A stretch of 38,219 nucleotides of DNA from an uncultured Ruminobacter sp. (GTDB lineage: Bacteria > Pseudomonadota > Gammaproteobacteria > Enterobacterales > Succinivibrionaceae). Under the pieces are notes generated by a model. The model made no database searches. It was not told where the DNA came from and saw only the letters and a list, made by a program, of their open reading frames with translations. The position numbers and the translations under genes are program-made. The stretch's first letter is position 1; each line of letters starts with the position of its first letter. Positions 32,772 through 38,219 of the stretch are shown here, piece by piece. Location: the NCBI GenBank assembly GCA_900767005.1, contig CAAFXL010000096.1, forward strand, positions 1 through 38,219. Direction: 5' to 3'.

Positions 32772-33130
32772 TGTTAAGAAATTTTTCACCGGATGATCAT
32801 GTTAATTGTGAGCTTATTTCAAGAAATATGAATAAAGAAGATTATTCAAATGAATTAAAGCCGTTTAAAGCAACAATTATTAAAGATATTGAACGTGTTA
32901 AATATGAAATTGTATCTGGTACTAACGCTAATAAAACAACATTACAATTGAAAGCGGATAATTGCCCTTATGAAATCAAACAAAATGACAAAATAAAAGT
33001 TTTTGGAATGGTCAAATTAGTGTCAGCTGTCGGAATTATCTTGTCAGATTTAGATATGTTAGTTAATTCAAAATACAATCATGAATACTTAATGAAAATT
33101 GCTCCAAAAATTATATTTTTAGGTGATTAA
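32771..33130 (+). CDS. Putative head-tail joining protein (by position)
   Basis: ATG at 32771 overlaps the upstream stop (TAATG). 119 aa. Confidence 0.4.
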   Translation: MLRNFSPDDHVNCELISRNMNKEDYSNELKPFKATIIKDIERVKYEIVSGTNANKTTLQLKADNCPYEIKQNDKIKVFGMVKLVSAVGIILSDLDMLVNSKYNHEYLMKIAPKIIFLGD

Positions 33131-33131
33131 T

Positions 33132-33527
33132 ATGTATGAAGAAGAAGAGTTGCAATTACCTAGAGGGTTTAAAACTGAGATTGAATCATATGGAGCAATT
33201 AATTTTTTAACCGTTGCTGGAGAAGTATTTCAAAACATTATTACTGCTCCATTTTTCCCATTTAGAACAGGTAATTTAAAATGGAACGCGACTTCATTAT
33301 TAGTTTCAAACAATTCTTTTGCAATCGTTTTTAATCCTGACAAAGCATTTTATGTACATTTTCTTGAATATGGAACACGACCTCATTTAATTCCTAATGC
33401 TTTTGGTAGAGGGATAACAGTTTTACATCCAGGTTCACAAAAACACGTAGATTTCATTCAAAAAAAATCTGTGGATGTTGCAATTAATACACTTTTATAT
33501 ATAACAGGAGGAAAATTAATAAAATGA
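33132..33527 (+). CDS. HK97 gp10-like head-tail/neck protein
   Basis: FRTGNLKWNATS ... AFYVHFLEYGTRPHLI matches the gp10-family pattern (TG.L ... Y...EFGT). Confidence 0.55.
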   Translation: MYEEEELQLPRGFKTEIESYGAINFLTVAGEVFQNIITAPFFPFRTGNLKWNATSLLVSNNSFAIVFNPDKAFYVHFLEYGTRPHLIPNAFGRGITVLHPGSQKHVDFIQKKSVDVAINTLLYITGGKLIK

Positions 33528-34444
33528 ATAAAGAATCTATAATTAAGTTTGTTTCAAATTTATTAAATAATTATTTGAACGATAATTCTTATGGCATTGC
33601 TTTTAAAACTTTCAATTTTATAAGCTCGTTAGATACACAATATGAAGTAAATTATGGAAAAAAACAAATAGAACATTTTTATCCTGTTTTAATGGGGAAT
33701 TTTACTGGAGATTATATCCCTTTAAAGTTAAATGCTTTTGATTGCACACTACCAATTCAAATTATTTATAATTCTTATGATTTTGATAAAATTGTTAATA
33801 TTTTTAACGAATTTAAAACAAAAATTTTGGGTGAAGTAATAAATCAAGACAATTTATCTTTAGTTGCTTCAATCACTCTTCCATCGCATTCAAGAGCAGT
33901 TAGTCATGATGATTTAGCGGTTATTAAATCTAATTTTGAGTTTGCAACCGAACAAGAAAATATTTCAATTTTAGATTTTACATTATCAATTTACTGCGGA
34001 GATAAAAATAAATTTGTCTTTGGTAATAATACTAAGTATTTTATTTTATACGATGATGAAAATGAGAAAGAACAAGAAGAAGAAATCATTAAGATTAATT
34101 CAGAATTTACTTCTCTTGTAAAATTAAATCCATTTCAATTGATGTCAGGTGAAACTGTTGAAACAGTTGGAGAAAACAATTCAAAATCAAATACTTTTAC
34201 ATTTTTTGATAATGATTCCTATATTGCAAATAAGTTGATTTATATTGCTGAAACTGGTCAAATTCAAAACTATAAATTAAAGATTAAAAAGCAATATCTT
34301 AATAATGATGGAACTTTACGAACTATTAATAATAAATCTTTAGAATTTGTTGATTATTACAATATTCTATCTTTTGACCATACCGAACCAATAGGAGAAT
34401 TTTCTCAAATAGTTTTAGCATTATCAAAAGCAATTACATTTTAA
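33524..34444 (+). CDS. Tail structural protein, unknown role
   Basis: 306 aa with an ATGA overlap to the upstream gene. Lies in the structural block. Confidence 0.45.
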   Translation: MNKESIIKFVSNLLNNYLNDNSYGIAFKTFNFISSLDTQYEVNYGKKQIEHFYPVLMGNFTGDYIPLKLNAFDCTLPIQIIYNSYDFDKIVNIFNEFKTKILGEVINQDNLSLVASITLPSHSRAVSHDDLAVIKSNFEFATEQENISILDFTLSIYCGDKNKFVFGNNTKYFILYDDENEKEQEEEIIKINSEFTSLVKLNPFQLMSGETVETVGENNSKSNTFTFFDNDSYIANKLIYIAETGQIQNYKLKIKKQYLNNDGTLRTINNKSLEFVDYYNILSFDHTEPIGEFSQIVLALSKAITF

Positions 34445-34456
34445 GGAGGTGTAACT

Positions 34457-34930
34457 ATGTACGACCAAATTAGAGGTAGGCACCACGTAATTGAAGTAGT
34501 GCTTAAATCTGTTAATCAAGATACTAGTACTACAACTACTCAATCTCAAACTAACCCAGTAAATAATAAAAGTGTATCTACAAAAGTTAATATTAAACTT
34601 GGGAAATTTGCTGGTAAACTTTATTTAGCAAAATTGGCAATAAATACCGCAAAAACATTGGTGGTTGAAATGCCTTTATCAACGCTTCAAAGAGTAGGCT
34701 CTTATACTGGAAATGATATTGCACAAACTGATATTAATAATACCTTAGATACAATTCAATCTGGCATATCTTTCGCAAAAGGAATGATTACTAATCCAGT
34801 TGGCACTGCGTGGAATGCGATTCTCAAAAGACAAGATTATTTATTATCTGTACAAAAACAAAATGATTCAATTGATTATTTAAAGAAAACATTACTTTTA
34901 AATGTTAATAAAGGTGGTACAAAACTATGA
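34457..34930 (+). CDS. Small structural protein, unknown role
   Basis: 157 aa with an RBS aaggagg. Its stop overlaps the start of the 993-aa gene. Confidence 0.45.
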   Translation: MYDQIRGRHHVIEVVLKSVNQDTSTTTTQSQTNPVNNKSVSTKVNIKLGKFAGKLYLAKLAINTAKTLVVEMPLSTLQRVGSYTGNDIAQTDINNTLDTIQSGISFAKGMITNPVGTAWNAILKRQDYLLSVQKQNDSIDYLKKTLLLNVNKGGTKL

Positions 34931-37908
34931 ACAATGTCGCTTTAATATTTTCAGATAATATTTATACAACAATTGCACAGGGTTTTTCATTCACTGAAAG
35001 AAAAGATGAAGATTATTATTCAGCTTCTTTGACATTATATCTTAGAGATCAAGAGAAAAGCTTTCAAGCAGGTACTGACTGCGTTTTAAGAATCAACAAT
35101 GAAAGAATCAATTTTACTGTTGAAAGTGATAGTGTCACTATTGTGGCTAGGAATCCAATAATGTATGCTCACGCTTTGGAACTAAAAGAAAGAACTATCA
35201 AATTATCAAAATACATTAATGATAATGTTTACTTTTCTAATCAAGACCAATCTAAAAGAACTTTGAGAAATTACACCGATAGATTAAAAAATATTTATCC
35301 TTTGGAAAAGAAAAATTTATTAGAATCGACTAGAATTTTAAAATTTGATGAAAATAATGAAATAATGGATACAATTCTACCAGAAATGAAATTGTCTAAT
35401 GGCACATTATTTGACCAAATTAATACAATCTATACTTATATTGATAGTTTTCCTCGATGGAAAGATACTATTACAGCTGATGTCTTTAATACAAGAAGAA
35501 ATTTAATTACTAAACAAGATAATTTGATTCAATACTCAAATAGTTTTAATTTAGATAGTGCAATATCACAATTGCATCAATATCAAACTGCTGCACTTCC
35601 TTCGATTGAAAATGTTTCACCAAGCGATTATGGATTTATTACTTCAAGAAGTGAAAGTGTTAATTTTAGCACTGACTCTGCTACTTTAACAACTGATTTC
35701 CCAATTGAAAAAATCTTAAAAGTAGAAGTTTATTTGCCTGTAAATAGAAATGATGCATTAAATTATAGTGTCAATATTTATAAGTTAGAAAACGAAAACT
35801 ATTATATGTATAACATTAATTATGCTGACACCACAAATGAGATAGCGCCGTTATCAATTAATAATGTCTATCCTGCAATTAATAACGCATATAATATTAA
35901 ATGTATTAAATCTGATAATAATTTCAATTTCTCATCATATTTTATGACACTAGACATTACATCATCGGTAATGTTAAAAGATAAATGGAGCACGCTTAAT
36001 TTAAGCGCTGACCCATTTCAAAAAGAAGATTATAGAAATAATACTCTTTATTATGAAGTTGGCTCAAACAAAATTTATGGATTAGATAATACTAGGTCAT
36101 ATACCAATGGTGTATTTACAAAAACTTATTATTTAATTGATGAATTGATTAATAAATATAATAACACAATTGACCCTGAAGTTTATTTAGTCAATAAAAC
36201 AAGTGAACAAGATGATTTAAAATATGGCTTTAACGTTTCAAATAACTATTCATTTGATTCAGGGATTGCTATTGACTTAACTAATGTAATGTTTAGAATT
36301 ACATATATTCCTCAAATAAATCCACATGTAAAACTTGCAAAAAATAATAAACGATATGATATGGTTACCGTTCAATCGACCGATAAAATTGAATTAGTCA
36401 AACAAGGGAAAGCATTAAATTCATTATTAAAAAGGTTAAATCATCCACTAAACGTAAAAAATAGAATTTTTAGAAGCTTTGATGATGTCAACCATGTTGG
36501 TGATTATTTAGAAGATAATTATATCATTACTGCAATACAACATTTTATTTATAACGATTATGTAATGTCGGTTGAAGAATATTCCAAAAACTTTAATAGA
36601 ACAAATAATTATGCTGGAATTGACCAAAAAACAAGAACATACAATGTAATCATCGATGATTATTGCAATCGTGATTTAAACTATGCTGAATATATTATAA
36701 TTGCTAAAAGAAAATATATTGATAATAATGGTGGAAGCAATTATTTTGACAATATATATGGAAAATCATTGTTGCTATCATCGTTTAACAACAAGCAATA
36801 TGATTTCACAATTCAGGGTGTAGAAATAAAAACTTATGATTCAAGTGGCAATTCATTAATAAGCGGATATAGTGAAGAAGAAAATAAAAGTTTATTCTTA
36901 CCAATAGTAAAAAGCGAGTTTTCTAACTCGTTTTTATTTTATTTCAAATTTGCTGATATCACTAATGCAGGCGATCAAAAAATTAAAGAACCAGATAGCA
37001 CTTATAAAACAATGAATCCGGTCATTTACACTGATGATAATGGAGAAGTTTATTCAATAGCGTTTTCTTTCATCGCTGTTAATCCAAATGTTGAATATGA
37101 ATATGTTGAGAAGATACCAAAACAATATATGACAACATTCAAAGATACAAGCGTTTATTATGGCTATAATGAAGATGAATTTTCGAATGAATATTCAGGA
37201 GAAAAGTATTATTTAACTCCTGATGGCTTATATCTCAAAACAATGTGTAAAATCAAAGACCTTTATGTTGATAAAGATTATGGGTACTTTGAAACAAATA
37301 TAAAAGTAAGTGAAACTGATTTATTAAATAATTCTTTGCTCCCAGTAAACGATACAAGCGTTATTAAATATTTGCCAAATTCTAAGAAATATGATTATTA
37401 TCCTGAATTTATAGATAATTCATCTAATAGTTATAATCACATCTCAAATGAATGTGATTTTAATACATCTTTGGTTGTTTTAAAAGATTCTCAAGAGATT
37501 TTATCATTGACATATCAATTACAAATGATTGCTGATGGAATAGATATAATAATTGGCGATTTCTTCATAAAATACAACCATTTGATAAATACTCAAACAC
37601 CTTTGTATTACTTGTATTATGGCGGTGCAAAATATTCTGTTTCTGATACAAAAATGGTTCACGGAATCAAAGAAGAAATAGATGGTGTAAAAATGTATAA
37701 ATATGAAATCGATTATGAAAATTGCTCGATTACATTTACAAAGCAACTAGCAAATAAATTACCATCCACTTTTGCTTTTGCTGATGAAAATAAAAACTTG
37801 ATTTTAGCAATAAATCTAAGTGAAGCGGAACAAAATCAAGATTCAATTACTATTTATTTCAATTTTTTAAATAAGATACCTCAAGAGGTTATAGAGAAAG
37901 GAGAATAA
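34927..37908 (+). CDS. Large tail/baseplate structural protein (993 aa); composition does not fit a tape measure
   Basis: It is the largest gene. The sequence is N/Y/I/D-rich and looks beta-rich, without the helical A/G/K-rich character or TM stretches of tape measure proteins. Confidence 0.5.
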   Translation: MNNVALIFSDNIYTTIAQGFSFTERKDEDYYSASLTLYLRDQEKSFQAGTDCVLRINNERINFTVESDSVTIVARNPIMYAHALELKERTIKLSKYINDNVYFSNQDQSKRTLRNYTDRLKNIYPLEKKNLLESTRILKFDENNEIMDTILPEMKLSNGTLFDQINTIYTYIDSFPRWKDTITADVFNTRRNLITKQDNLIQYSNSFNLDSAISQLHQYQTAALPSIENVSPSDYGFITSRSESVNFSTDSATLTTDFPIEKILKVEVYLPVNRNDALNYSVNIYKLENENYYMYNINYADTTNEIAPLSINNVYPAINNAYNIKCIKSDNNFNFSSYFMTLDITSSVMLKDKWSTLNLSADPFQKEDYRNNTLYYEVGSNKIYGLDNTRSYTNGVFTKTYYLIDELINKYNNTIDPEVYLVNKTSEQDDLKYGFNVSNNYSFDSGIAIDLTNVMFRITYIPQINPHVKLAKNNKRYDMVTVQSTDKIELVKQGKALNSLLKRLNHPLNVKNRIFRSFDDVNHVGDYLEDNYIITAIQHFIYNDYVMSVEEYSKNFNRTNNYAGIDQKTRTYNVIIDDYCNRDLNYAEYIIIAKRKYIDNNGGSNYFDNIYGKSLLLSSFNNKQYDFTIQGVEIKTYDSSGNSLISGYSEEENKSLFLPIVKSEFSNSFLFYFKFADITNAGDQKIKEPDSTYKTMNPVIYTDDNGEVYSIAFSFIAVNPNVEYEYVEKIPKQYMTTFKDTSVYYGYNEDEFSNEYSGEKYYLTPDGLYLKTMCKIKDLYVDKDYGYFETNIKVSETDLLNNSLLPVNDTSVIKYLPNSKKYDYYPEFIDNSSNSYNHISNECDFNTSLVVLKDSQEILSLTYQLQMIADGIDIIIGDFFIKYNHLINTQTPLYYLYYGGAKYSVSDTKMVHGIKEEIDGVKMYKYEIDYENCSITFTKQLANKLPSTFAFADENKNLILAINLSEAEQNQDSITIYFNFLNKIPQEVIEKGE

Positions 37909-37910
37909 CA

Positions 37911-38201
37911 ATGAATTATGCTTTAATTAAAAGATTTGAAAAAAAATTCAACGAAAACTTACATGTTACTAATGGTGTTAATATTGGTACTTTATCACAA
38001 TCCGATAATAATTCTTCTATCCTTACAGTATATGTTCCAGGTATTGAAGAAGAAAACGACACTTGTTATATGTCTGTGGTATTGCCTGCAAGATATATTA
38101 CTCAAATTAATATTCCTAAAACATTAAATCAAACTTTCGAATTTGCTTATACAGAAAATAATCTTGATTATTACAAAGCAGAATTCAAATTGGATTCTCG
38201 A
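37911..38201 (+). CDS. N-terminal part of a wrap-around tail/baseplate-associated structural protein. The full gene is about 443 aa and continues at position 2.
   Basis: ATG at 37911 lies 3 nt after the stop of the 993-aa gene. The frame is open to the end of the unique sequence and runs in frame into 2..1069 (..YYKAEFKLDSRITKF..). Confidence 0.75.
38174..38201. repeat. Terminal direct repeat, copy B (identical to 1-28)
   Basis: Exact 28-nt identity with the window start. Confidence 0.9.
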
Positions 38202-38219
38202 GATCGGAAGAGCGTCGTG
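38201..38219. other. Illumina TruSeq-type adapter read-through. This is a library artefact, not biology.
   Basis: agatcggaagagcgtcgtg is the canonical start of the Illumina adapter. It begins exactly where homology to the window start ends. Confidence 0.9.

Noticed and set aside
37936-38127. 63-aa + strand ORF near the window end
   Set aside because: It is out of frame within the wrap-around structural gene that starts at 37911. It is hydrophobic junk typical of a shadow frame in AT-rich DNA.
1-38219. Alternative genetic code (TGA or TAG reassignment), as seen in some phages of low-GC or wall-less hosts
   Set aside because: Long genes are uninterrupted under the standard code. Trp is encoded by TGG, and gene ends coincide with RBS-start signals of the next gene. 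There is no sign of in-frame stop read-through.

Overview
The window is a complete, end-overlapping genome of about 38.17 kb from a temperate tailed phage or excised prophage. The host is probably a low-GC, Firmicutes-like organism: RBSs are strong GGAGG type and ORFs stay intact under the standard code. Positions 1-28 repeat at 38174-38201, and one structural gene reads in frame across that junction. The last 19 nt are an Illumina adapter remnant.

Layout:
- **Late operon (+ strand, 23671 -> window end -> wraps to ~4700):** small and large terminase, portal, MuF-like protein, acidic scaffold, major capsid, head-tail genes, large tail proteins and two tail fibres.
- **5203-7302:** four consecutive membrane proteins. 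I found no recognisable endolysin anywhere in the genome.
- **7335-9708:** terminator-bounded accessory genes, including a BclA-C/C1q-like protein and a self-contained moron.
- **9768-10003:** candidate attP. It has a tRNA 3'-end fragment flanked by phased TTATACGAA repeats, at the point where late and early transcription converge.
- **Early operon (- strand, 21151 -> 10015):** DUF3560-like protein, XRE regulator, PD-(D/E)XK nuclease, DUF1351 protein, annealing protein, replisome organiser with internal iterons, DNA methyltransferase, PP-loop PAPS-reductase-like enzyme, pentapeptide-repeat protein, many small unknowns, an Xis-like HTH and a possible late regulator.
- **Lysogeny operon (+ strand, 21484-23470):** repressor, ImmA-like metalloprotease and tyrosine integrase, in the ICEBs1 order.

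Most interesting observations:
- Two genes just after the capsid gene share an N-terminal module. The first carries an encapsulated-ferritin-like E-x6-Y...ExxH motif.
- The candidate attP lies about 12 kb from int.
- There is no recognisable endolysin or tape measure protein.
- The early region holds an orphan PP-loop enzyme next to a methyltransferase, and a mini pentapeptide-repeat protein.
- A promoter-terminator pair sits in front of the late operon.

All functional calls rest on motifs read by eye and on gene order. No database search was possible.
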